This document shows, piece after piece, positions 24,601-36,600 of a stretch of 64,000 nt of DNA. Made by a program: the position numbers and the translations under genes. Position 1 is the first letter of the stretch, and each line of letters begins with the position of its first letter. The stretch covers positions 4,792,399 through 4,856,398 of the forward strand of contig MU053934.1 of assembly GCA_013239625.1 (NCBI GenBank), given 5' to 3'. The notes under the pieces are model-generated. The model was not told the origin of the DNA, made no database searches, and worked only from the letters and a program-made list of their open reading frames with translations. This DNA comes from Lama guanicoe (lineage: Eukaryota).

Positions 24601-27600
24601 CGGTTTGCCTGCCATTCCAGCTTAATTAAAAATGTCTTGGGGAGGGCTGGGGGAAGGTTCTCTGCAGGGTGAAGCTGGTGAGACCGGCAGCCCAGACCCC
24701 CTGGCCTAGGGTCCCACCTTCTGGCCTTCGCCTGGCCAGGTCAGACAGGGGCCAGAGGCCTGGCTGGGCCTGTGTCCCCAGGGAGAGCCCCACAGGGAAC
24801 CGGTGCTGTTGGGATACTGGCTCTAGCTTCTGGGTGGGGCAGCACCAAGGGTGTCCATCACCATCCTGCTGCACCAGAACTTGAGCCCTGTCCCTGCCAG
24901 TGGCTTGTGGAACTAGCTTGCAAGAGCCAATTTTCTCATACTCAAGGATTTGGCAAACCCGTTGTTAAAAACAGTTGGTAGCTTGAAATTGGCCGTGGTG
25001 GGAGTATTTACACCATAGAAATTGGCACATGTTGCAAATCAGGGCTATTTTTCAGAGGCCTGTTTGCCAGCGTACTGCTGGCTCCTGCCTTCTCAGCCAT
25101 CCTCCCAAAGCAACATGGCAGCCAGTGCTGCTCCGTTCGCTGGTCCAGCCTCTCTCTCTCTATCTGCAGCGTCAGCCTCAGGCCAGGCCACAGTCCCTGC
25201 TCAAGCCTCCTCAGGGTCTCCCTCCCTGGCCTGGCCCCCCTCACTCCTGCCACATCCTACTGAGCAAGGTTTTCAGCCTCCATATGGGGAAGCCGCCTCT
25301 CTGGCCCCGCAGGTACCCCTGTCCCCTGGCTGGTCTGGGAGAGGCTGCCCTCACTGGCCAGGCTCTGCTGCTTCACAGGACCCTCCCTGGCCTCCTCATC
25401 CATGAGCAGGCGCCCTAACTTCATGCCCTTTTCTTCATAGGGATCAGCTCCCATATACTGATCACCTACTAAGCGCAGGTATTACCTCCACCCCCTTCGC
25501 ACTCTGAAGGTCACTGCCAGAGAACTGAACTCCATCAGCTCAAGGTCTGGGCTCCGTCCCTGGTTCTGCTGTCGACCAGCAGGGAGGCCTTGGGCAAGTC
25601 GCCTGGCCTCCTTCAGCCACTGTCCCCATCTGTAAATGGTCACACGGACCCTCCTTCCAGAGGGAGGGTTAAATGCATCAAGAAGCCTGGTGCATAGTAG
25701 GTCCTCACTAGTTAAGAATAATTTTCTAATTTTTTGTTGGAGCCTTACACCACCACTCTTGGAGTGAGCTTCCTATATGCCATCTGGAGTCTCAAAAAAT
25801 TATTAATTAAAGACAAAGTGAGGGGGAGGAAGAATTTAAAAAATGTTCTCTTTAAAGCGGCTCGGAGTGGCAGCCATTGTTTGACCGAGCTCTGCGCAGG
25901 GCCTGCTCGTAAGCCAAGGGTAGTTTTGCTCCGCAGCCCCCGCTCCCAGACGCTGCTGGCAGGGAGCGGGCTGCCCCCGAGTTTATTTTGAGCAGCCTCA
26001 TCTGAGGGGTGCCTGCGGAGAGAGGTGGCTCAGGGCTGTCTGGGGGGCAGGGATGGAAGGGGAGGAGCAGGAGAGACTTGATTGTATACTGCCCCTCTCC
26101 TGCAGGGGAGGTGACTGCAGAGGGGAGGCATCCTGGGGGCCCCACCCTACCCTGGCTGCCCCACCCTACCCCGGCTGCACAACCTGCCTGCAGGGAGCTG
26201 AGGGTGGCCACTGGGTTGGGGGGCTGGCAGGTGGTGAGGTGGGGGGCGGCAGGTGGTGAGGTGGAGGGCGGCAGGTGGTGAGGTGGGGGGCTGGCAGGTG
26301 GCTGCTGTCTTTCTCCTGCTGCGAAGTGTGGCCACCCCTGTCTCTGGAGTCACAAGCACTCAAATGAGAGTTGAGATTGTGGGAGCCCATGGCCTTTAGG
26401 TGGTCGCTGCTGCCAAAATCACAAGGGAGTGTCACCAGGGTCCTTGTGGCCACATATGTTCCTTGCAGGCACTGGCCTGGGAGGAGGTGACAGGGGAAAG
26501 TGGGGGTCAGCCAAGCAGGGGCCTTTGTGTGACCCATGAGGTGGTCAGATGGTGCCGAAGTTGGCCCCCCACCCTGCATAGCCCTGGGGTGTAGGGCCCA
26601 GGACAGTCTGTGACAGACAGGTAGATGGGGTCGACTTGGGCAGCCAGATTCCTCCATCATCATCTGATGTGTTGCACGTCTCCTCCCTGTGTGAGCCTCA
26701 CGGCAGCCCTCTGGGGCAGGCAGGGTGAATGTCTTGTCCCCACTGGGCAGACGGGGAAACAGGCTCAGAGAAGTGGACTGGCTTGCCCAGTGTGACATGG
26801 TGAGCAGCTGTCAGCACTGGGCTCTCAGATACGGAGGTTGAGTTGGAGGTTGAGTTGGAGGTTGCACAGAGCCGGCGGGAGGTGGGTGGGGAGGCACTGC
26901 TCCTGGGAGCAGGCTGTCTGAGCACACCCCTCTCCTCCTGAGCTGGGCAATGCTGTCCTAGAGCTAGAGGATGGTGACCAAGTTGGACAACAAAAAAGAG
27001 GGTCAGGCTGAGTGGGTAGCAGGGCAGGGGTGCAAGGAGCCTCTGTAGGGAAGGGCTGACCCTGGCTGGGGCAAGTCCACTCTCTCCAGCTCCCAGAAGA
27101 CAGCATTCAGGGCCTTCAAATCAGTGGATGGGTCAAGTAGGCTTTATTCTCTTTTCAGCAGCTCCATCAAGTCACTGCCAACCCAGGTCTGGGGTGACTC
27201 CAGGAAGAGGAAGATAGAGTGGCTTAGTGCCCTACATTCCAGCTCCGTGAGGGCTTAGGGGAGAGAGACACCAACATGAGCTGCGGTTGGGGAAGGCTTC
27301 CTGGAGGTGGTGACACAGGAGATGGATCTTGAAGGATGACTCAGATTTCATTAGTGAGACAGGAGGGCCAGAAGCAGGCACCGGGAGCATACACATTCCC
27401 ATGTAAGACCCTGAGTCTTCAAGGAGGATGTGCACCTGGGGCAGGGCCAACAGCCCAGGAGGCTGAGGGGGTCTATTCATGAAGTCTCGAGACTGGCTTT
27501 ATATAACCTTAGGGCAGTGGGGAGCTTTGGAAGGCTTGTAAGCAGGGCAGTGATGTGTCTGTGGTGAACTGGAGCCTCAAGTCAGAAAAGTGGGGCAGGT

Positions 27601-30600
27601 AAAGACACTTGGGACATGGCAGGACGAGGGTGTGGGCCGGAGGGAGGAGACCAGTGTTTGAGATCTGATTCTACCACTGCTTGGCCATGGCCGGGGACTG
27701 TTGCTTCTCCTCTCTGAGCCTCAGTTTCCCTGTCTGTAAAATGGGGATACTATAGGGTAATATTTGAGGCTCATACCGGATAATTCATGGAAAGTGCTTA
27801 GCGCTACCTTGCACATGGGAGATGCTTTAATACCAGCTGCCATTATTATCATGGGGATGACGCTGGGCTCCAGGGGTTCCTAGGGGCAACTTAGAGACCC
27901 CTGCCTGACTGGGCCCTTATCTGCCCCTGCAGAAATGGTCAGAGGCCAGGCAGCCGGGCCTCCCAAGCCTGGCGTCCGGCAGGGATGAGCTGGTCCTGCC
28001 CCTACCCCTCTCCCTCTGCTTCCGGCCTCACCTCCCGCTGGCAGCCCCTCATCTGCCCTCTGTCCTCCTGCCTCTGGCTTAACTGGTTTTTCTGCCCCTG
28101 GCACCTCCTCTTCCATTGGATGGGTCTTTGCCATTTCCAGCCACCTGTCTGCAGTCTCTGCCTGTCTGTCTGTCTGCCTGCTCTCTCAGTTTCTGGCTCT
28201 GTCTCTAACTCACACACAGTGTCATGATCTTGGTCCCTCGCTATGTTTTTATCTTTATTTTTCTCTCTCTGTCTTGTCTCTCCACACCTTGCCTTTGCTT
28301 CTCACTTCCTGTGTCTATATGAGTCTGTCTGTCCGTCTCTCTTTTCGAGTCTCTCTCTGCCCGTCTCTCTAATGGCTGCCCTGTCCCTCTTCACGTACCT
28401 CCCCCCTTAGTCTCTCACTCACTGTATCTATATTTATCTGTCTCTCTCTCCCGCTCACTGTCTCTCTCCCAGAAAAATGCTCGCAGGAGTGATGGATGGT
28501 CCATTAGAAAAAGATTAACAGGTGTGCGCTTGACTAGAGAAACAGCTGTTGCGAGGGAGGAGGGGAGCAAGCAGGTGTCCTTTCGGGGAGAGAGAGTGGG
28601 GTGGGGGCTCCTCCTCAGCTGCAGGTGGGCGGGAGTGTGTGCAGCGCGTGTGGCCAGAGCCAGCGCTGGCCATTATGGACTGTCAGTGGCTGCATCTTTC
28701 ATCTCTGTTTTGGCGGGCTGGGAAATTGGTGGCTCCGAGCAGCATCTGGGCCCTGGCTCAGCCGGGGATGCTGGGCCCCAGCTCCTCCTCACTGGGTGCC
28801 TCTCTCGGGGGCCCACTGCCCTTTTGGGACCATTTTGTGAGTCAAATGTAATTACAGATGGAAATAGCGCCTTCGCCTTTTATCTGGGCTTGAGAAGAGC
28901 TGGCAGTTTTATTAGATTTCTCAGACACCAGGCGGAAGGGAGGGTTGGGTTATTTTTTTCTCATCTCCTTTTGACCCGAGTGGAGTCAGCGTCAGGCCCT
29001 GAGGCCTGGTCCCCCGGTGGAGGGGCGGTGCTGGTGATGGGGGCTCTCCTGCCTCCCCTAGCCTTGGCTCGGGCTGGTCCCTGTGCCCAGATACCCTCTC
29101 TTCTCCCTGTCCCCTGCTCCCCCTTCAGCTTGAGGTCTCACTGAGATGTCACTTCCTCCAGGAAGCTGCTCCTGACTCCACTGTCTGTGTTCCCCCAAAA
29201 CACCCTCAACCTTCCTTTGTTTTTAGCATCTGCCGACTGGTTTGTTAACTCGTGAAATGGGCTTTGTCAGTGGAGCCTGCCCTTCTCAAGGGCGGGGAGA
29301 ATGTCCTGATTCGATCACCACTGCCCACCCTGGCTAGCACGAGCCCAGGACCTGACGGATGCTCGGAAGACCTGTGGAGTGCATGCAGCTGTGAATGAGT
29401 GGGTGGATGGGTGGATGAGTTTCAGGGGGCGGGTCGGTGTGTGTACTGGGAGAGCAGTTTGGAGTCTGACTTGGTGGCTCTGCCATAGCCTTGCTGTGTG
29501 GCAGTTCACCTCTCTGAGCCTCAGTTTCCTCATCTGTAAAATGGAGATGCCATCAGCGGCTTCATAGGTTGTCTGAGGCATCAGTAATTGTGTTGGTGTC
29601 GGGCTCAGCAGGGGCGCATGGTCAGGCCTGACAGATGGCCTTTCCCTTCTCCGTGATCAGGCGGGAACAGCCTGACTCAGTGGTGAGCAGAGACCAGACG
29701 CTTCACTAGTCCTGGTAGGGCTGCAGAGGGGGAGATGGGCTGGGGCCTCGTCTGGCCCTCATCTCACTCCCCTTGTTTTATGGGTGAGGAAACTGAGGCC
29801 TGGCCGAGGAGGAGGGGACCTGGAACCCTGCGCCTGGTCATGGCCAGCAGTGTGGCCTGTTTCAGACACTGGTGTCCCTCGAGTGGTCCCACTTGCAGGG
29901 CTGTCACTTGCTGCTAAAAACCAGCAGGTACACAGCTCCTGGAGTAGAGGGTGGCTCTATGGCCAGGGGGACTAGCCTCCCTCTGACCCGCTGGTGACTT
30001 TGATTCTTAATCTCTCCGCCCTTAGTGTCCTCTGAGAAGTGTGTGAAGTAAGCCCTACCGAGCGGGTGGTCAGGTGGATTAAGAGCTGTCGAGGCACACG
30101 GTAGATGTACGGTCTCTGTCCTCCCTCAGGGGGCGTGGTGGTCTCCAGCCACAATGCTAGGAAAGTGGAGAGAAGGGAGGGCTGGATGGGGAGGTCTGCA
30201 CAGGCAGGGGTTAAGGGCAGGAGTCTTGGAGCCAGGCTGCCTGAGTTTGAATCCTGACTCTGCCCCTTACTAGCTCTGCAGCCTCAGGCAGGGGACTGGC
30301 CTCTGAATCTGTTTCCTCATCTGTATGATGGACTCTCATGAGGGATTAAGTAACATGATGCCTATAAAATGCACAGAACAGGTCCTGCACATGCTCACTA
30401 AGTGGGTTAGGGTCATGGGTAAATAGGAAGTTTCAGCAGCTACTGGCCTGCCTTTCTGTCTTGTTCTGTGTTTAGTCATGTGACCTTAGACTGGTTTCTG
30501 AGCCTTAGTTTCCTAATCTGTAAAATGGGTATCATAACGTGGCCCTCAGTATGTAGTACCAGCATCGCTGCCAAATCTGTGGAAGGTCAGTCCCATCTCA

Positions 30601-33600
30601 GTGGACCCCTCAGAATGGCAGAGATGCAGCAGAGTTGTCAGGTTCTTGAGGCCAAGTGCAGGGGGAGATGGAGCTCCAACGAGGACACCAACCTGCAGGT
30701 CATGGAGCCAGGGTGGCTGAGCCAGGCCTCCCTGCCTCTGCGAGGGTCCTGAAGCTGATGGGTGTCAAGAGGGAGGGACCCGCAGCTTCCCTCTAGCCTG
30801 ACCGGGCCCCCATCCCCTGCCCCAACACCCCTACAGCCCGAGGAGCTGACCAACATCCTGGAGATCTGCAACGTGGTCTTCACCAGCATGTTTGCCCTGG
30901 AGATGCTCCTGAAGCTGGCTGCCTTCGGGCTTTTCGACTACCTGCGCAACCCTTACAACATCTTTGACAGCATCATTGTCATCATCAGGTGCTGACCCGC
31001 TCCCTGCCCCCAACCTTCCAGGCTGTGGGCCTAGAAACAGAGCGGAGCAGGAGGGGCACTTCGTGCACTGACCCCAACCAGTAAATGAAGTACATGAGAT
31101 GAAGGCAGCCAATCATCCTGAAACACAGTTATCAAAATATTGTAGAAGTTGTGACTTAGCAATGTATGTGCTTCTGGATGAATGCATTAAATAGCAAGAT
31201 CTAGTAGTGGGTCCATGACTACCACCATTCCCAAGAAAGGATGAGCATAAGTAATATTTGGAAATATCTGTATTGGCCACCATGTGATAGAAAAATATCA
31301 GTGATTTCAATTGGCTACGAGGCCATAGAAACTGCTAATTCTCTGTTGTTTGTTGTTGACATTTGTAATCAAAAGAATGTTAAATCTCAAAAAGTGGTCA
31401 GTGACATTCATGGACCGTAGACTTTTTTGGGGGGGTCCACGGAATCCAAGTTCAGAGCTCCAGATTTAGGGTGCATGGAAGTGCAATGATTGTGAAACAA
31501 TATTCCTTGGATGAATGAGTGAATAAATGGAAGGTCTTCGTCTTTCCATCCTCCCTGGCTTCTCCTTCCTCTGCCTTCATCTCCTCCTGGCCTCCCTCCT
31601 GCCTCTCTCCCTCCCTACCCCTGCTGGCCCCCTCCCGGCTGCAGCATCTGGGAGATTGTGGGGCAGGCGGATGGTGGGCTGTCCGTGCTGCGGACCTTCC
31701 GGCTGCTGCGGGTGCTGAAGCTGGTGCGCTTCATGCCCGCGCTGCGGCGCCAGCTCGTGGTGCTCATGAAGACCATGGACAACGTGGCCACCTTCTGCAT
31801 GCTTCTCATGCTCTTCATCTTCATCTTCAGGTGAGCCCGCCACCCTGGAGGCCACACCTGTGGGGTCTGCTGGGGCCGTGGTTAGGAGCCTGGGAGTGTG
31901 GGTGGTTGAGCTTCTCTGGGTACCACTCCCGACCTGGGTGTGAATCCTGGCACCATCACTTAACCCCCTAATGGCTCTAGGCAAGTACCACCCCTCTGAG
32001 CCTTGGTGTTCACTTCTGTAAAATGGGACCGACACTGCCTCCTCCCATCTTACTCGGTTGCTCAGGAATGAAAGGTGGGTGGGCAAAGAGCTTGGTGTGT
32101 GTGAGTCCCTTGAGCCACCTCCATCTCTCCCCCAGCATCCTCGGGATGCACATCTTTGGCTGCAAATTCAGCCTTCGCACGGACACGGGAGACACGGTCC
32201 CTGACCGGAAGAACTTTGACTCCCTGCTGTGGGCCATCGTCACAGTGTTCCAGGTAAGCAGCGGAACATGTCCATGTCTGTCCAGGGAAGGGGTTTCTCC
32301 CAGGATCACTCTTTGGAGGTGCCCCCAGCCTCAGAGAATTCAGGGAAGAGCAGCAGCCTGACAGTGAGGCCCCTCAGCCCCGGCCTCCAGTGGGCAGGTC
32401 CGGAGTGCGGGGCCAGGCTTGGAGCTGGGTTGGCTGCCCAATGCCTGTCTCTGCCCCTCCACTCCTGCCCCAAGACTTTGGATTCATCCCTGAGACTGTT
32501 TCTTCACATGTACCATAGTTTGGTTGAATGGCTGTGTGCACACAGGTGCAGTAGGGGCAGAAGGAACAAGGGGAAGAGGTGGGGGTGGCTTGTGCCCTGG
32601 GTGATGGGATAGGCTGCTGAGAGGATGGGGTTGTGGGAGCAGTCAGGATGGAGCACCAGTCCGCCGGGAGTGAGTGCAGGGCAGGAGTGTGTGATGCAGG
32701 CCTTGAGGGTGTGGGCAGACACTAGCTAGGGCCATGATATGCGAGGACCCGGGGTATGCCCAAGCACATGTGACAGGGTGCTGTAGGTGTGCATGGGCTG
32801 CAGCACGCCTGAAGCTAGTCCACCCGGTGGGCTGGGCTGGGGCCTGGGGCTCTCTTGGGCTGAGCCCTTGTTCCCCGTTCCCCCACAGATCCTCACCCAG
32901 GAGGACTGGAACGTCGTCCTCTACAATGGCATGGCCTCCACCTCCCCCTGGGCCTCCCTCTACTTTGTTGCCCTCATGACCTTTGGCAACTATGTGCTCT
33001 TCAACCTGCTGGTGGCCATCCTGGTGGAGGGCTTCCAGGCAGAGGTGACTGTGGCCCTGGTGGAAGATGCACTCTTTTGGGGCCTGCACGAGACCGGGTG
33101 GGGGGATCTGGATGGGGGAGGATTGTGAGTCAAACATCTAGCAGGCATTGGGTCTCCAGAGGAGGGGATTGCCCATGAGGCAGTAGAGGCAGTGAACTCT
33201 CCATCACAGGAAATGTGCAAATGGAGGCTGCATCTAGGATCCCTGCCTTTTTCCCAGGGGTGCAGGACTAGGCCTCTCCACCTCTGAGATTCTAAAATCT
33301 CCAAGATCTGGGATTTTGGATCACGGCTCCTCCATTTTATGAGGCTTTGGGGATACTTACAGTCAGGCAGATGTGGGCTTGTGGCCCAGATCCTCGTTAG
33401 CTTCTCACTTCCCTTTTTTGAGCCTCAGTTTCCCTATCTATCAAATGGGGGGAGGGTGAAAACACCCACTGAAAAATTCAGGAGGGAGGGAAGGGCTTAG
33501 CTGACTTTTGTTCCAATGTGAGGGACCGTCTCCCAGGGCGACGCCAATCGCTCGTACTCGGACGAGGACCAGAGTTCATCCAACATGGAGGAGTTTGACA

Positions 33601-36600
33601 AGCTCCAAGAGGGCCTGGACGGCGGCGGAGGTAAACAGACCTCCACTTGTCACCTAGGAGGCCAGGACTCTTCCCCTGAGATCTAGGTGGGCAAAGGGCA
33701 CAGCATCTGGTTTCCCCTCAAGCCAAGGTTCGGGGACAGCTAATTCTCTGTGGCTTCTTATTTACACTTATTATTGAAAGAAATGCTAAATCTCAAAAAG
33801 TCTAGTAACATTCATGGCTCTCCTGAATTCTAGCCACAGGGGTAGCTGCAGCCCACCCCTCCACACAGCATGGCCTGTTGGGAAGAGCCTTCAGCCTCAG
33901 GATGCCTGGGTTCTGTTTAGCACCTCTGGGCAGCTTGGAACAAACTTCCCCAACCCATGCAGTGTCCTTCTTGGTAGCCAGGCTGGACAGTATCTGCCTG
34001 CTTCCTGCAGTGGCCACAGAGTGAGGTTCTCATGAGCTGGCCCTGAACACAGCAGGCAAGGGATCCACTCATCCAGAGATAAAGCTGAGAGCCTTGCAGT
34101 TGGGGCAGAGGGGAGGCACACGTGATGACATCCAACCGGGAAGACTTCCTGGTGGAGGAAGTCTCTCCAGAAAAACTCTTAATTTCTCTTACTGTCCATG
34201 TCTGTTTCTTTTTCTCATGGCTTCTTTTGCTCTTGTTCTGTCCTGTCTGCCCCTCCCTCTGTATTTCACCCACCCCCGCCCCCAGATCCCAAGCTCTGCC
34301 CAGTCCCCATGACTCCCAATGGGCACCTGGACCCCAATCTCCCCCTGGGTGGACATCTGGCTGCAGCATCTGCCCCTCGCTTCTCAGTGCAGCCAGACCC
34401 CGTGCTAATGGCCCTGGACTCACGCAAGAGCAGTGTCATGTCACTGGGGAGGGTGAGCTACGACCAGCGCTCCCTGGTGAGTCCTTGTGGGGTGCTCTGC
34501 CTGGTTGCTCCCTGCTGGTTGTGTGCTGAGGGACCTTGGGGAGAAATGCCTGCCAGTTCAGCCCCAGACTGGTGCCTAGGCTTAGGGCACCAGACTGTCT
34601 AGCCAGAACCAGGCAGGGACCATGTCTGTTGCATTCCTGGATGCCCAGGGATCGAGCAGGACTTGGCAACAAGGAAAGAAAGAATGAGCAGTGCCAGTGG
34701 ATCTGGTGTAGGGAACTGGGTTTTTGTCTCAGCAGCAATGTGTAGGGTAAAGAGTTGGGCTTTGAGGTGGTGCAGACCTGAGCTTGAATCTGGCCTCTGC
34801 CACTGCCAACCTTTGTAACTGTGAACAAGTTACAGCCCTTCTTTGAGCCTCAGTTTCCTTTCCTGCAAAATGGGCAGATGCCCTAACTTGCTGTACCTTT
34901 CTCAAGAGAAGTGAAGTGGCAGGAAGGGACATAGCCACAGGGTGGAGGTGCCCTCATGTCCCTAGATGTGGCTAGAGTGAGAGGCAGGACAGGGAGAAGA
35001 CCCCTGAGGTCCAGCCTGTTCCGTCACCCATTAGACGGGTGGGTGGCCCTCACTGGGCCTCAGCGGGTGTGCAGGGTGTTAGTCACAACCATGGGTGTGT
35101 GTGATGGGGCTGACCGGAGTCCCGGGCTTCCTCCCAGTCCAGCTCTCGGAGCTCCTACTACGGGCCGTGGGGCCGCAGTGGGGCCTGGGCCAGCCGCCGC
35201 TCCAGCTGGAACAGCCTCAAGCACAAGCCACCGTCGGCGGAGCACGAGTCCCTGCTCTCCGCGGAGCGTGGCGTCGGCGGCGGCACCTCCCGGGGCTGCG
35301 AGGGTGCCCGGGAAGAGGGGCCGCCGCGGGCCGCGCCCCTCCACGTCCCGCACGCGCACCACGCGCATCATGGTCCCCATCCGGCGCACCGTCACCGCCA
35401 CCACCGCCGGACGCTGTCCCTTGACACCAGAGACTCGGTGGACCTGGCCGAGCTGGTACCCACCGTGGGCACACACCCCCGGGCGGCTTGGAGGGCTGCA
35501 GGCCCGGCCCCTGGGCACGAGGACTGCAATGGGAGGATGCCCGGCATCGCCAAGGATGTCTTCACCAAGATGGACGACCGCCGGGATCGCGGGGAGGATG
35601 AGGAGGAGATGGACTATGTGAGTGCGCGGGGCTCTAGGGGCGGCCGAGGGGCCCACGAGAAGATCGGACAGAAGCGGGAAGGGTGCGAGGGGGCGGGGCT
35701 GGAGTGGGAGGGCCCGACCAGGCCCCGCCCTAAGGGGGCAAGCCCACGAGGGAAGAGGGCTTCAAGTGGGTGAGCAGGGGGCCACAACTGCCCACCTCTG
35801 AGCTGGGCGCGCCCAGGGGAGAAAAACTCTCCCTGCCTTCCCTGGAGGGGGCGAGGGTTCTGGATTGATGGGAGAGCTCGGAGGTCATCCAGTGGCCCCA
35901 TTTTGCTAGATGGCCAGGGTGGGCGGAGATGAGTAGCTCTGGGCCGCGCTGACGCGCCTGCACTCCGTCCTTCCCTTGCCAGACTCTGTGCTTCCGTGTC
36001 CGCAAGATGATTGACGTCTACAAGCCTGACTGGTGCGAAGTCCGTGAAGACTGGTCTGTCTACCTCTTCTCCCCGGAGAACAGGTGGGCAGGGCCAGGCT
36101 TGGGATGAGGTTAGAGTAGGGGGTTGACACGTCTGGGAGGGAGAGATTTCTGCCAAGCCAAGTAAGGACACTGGGGAGTTCTCCACACCCCAGAGGACTC
36201 CCGTGGCCTTGTAGTGGAGGGTCTGCAGAGGAGGGTGGTGTTCATGTGGGGGCTTTCCTGGGCATCTCCTCTACTCTAGGCCATCCCTGTGCTGGGCACC
36301 AGGTTGAACAAATCTTTAGTAACTTGGGGTGCTTCCATCTGGAGGCAGGCATCCTAAGGCTTCCTGGGGGAGGAGGCCTTTGTGCTGGACTTTGGAGGCA
36401 GACAAAGTTCTGTAGATGAAGATGGGGTTGTGAAGAAGTGGAGGCTGGTCCAGGTAGAGGGCGCAGCCCAAGGGAAGACCTGAGGGCAGAAGCTGAGGGT
36501 ATCAGGTAACATGTGTCCATGCGGCTGGAGGACAAGGCGCAGGGATTCAGGCCAGTGTTTGGAAAGCCTTGAGAGCCAGGGGTAGGTGGGTGCCCATCAT

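Noticed and set aside
26833..26864. 12-bp tandem repeat (GGAGGTTGAGTT) x ~2.7
   Set aside because: Short simple duplication with no sign of function.
31675..31696. REST/RE1-like sequence (GCTGTCCGTGCTGCGGA) in the IIS4 exon
   Set aside because: Two mismatches in the core GGTGCTGA half-site, and explained by LSVLR codons; would need ChIP evidence.
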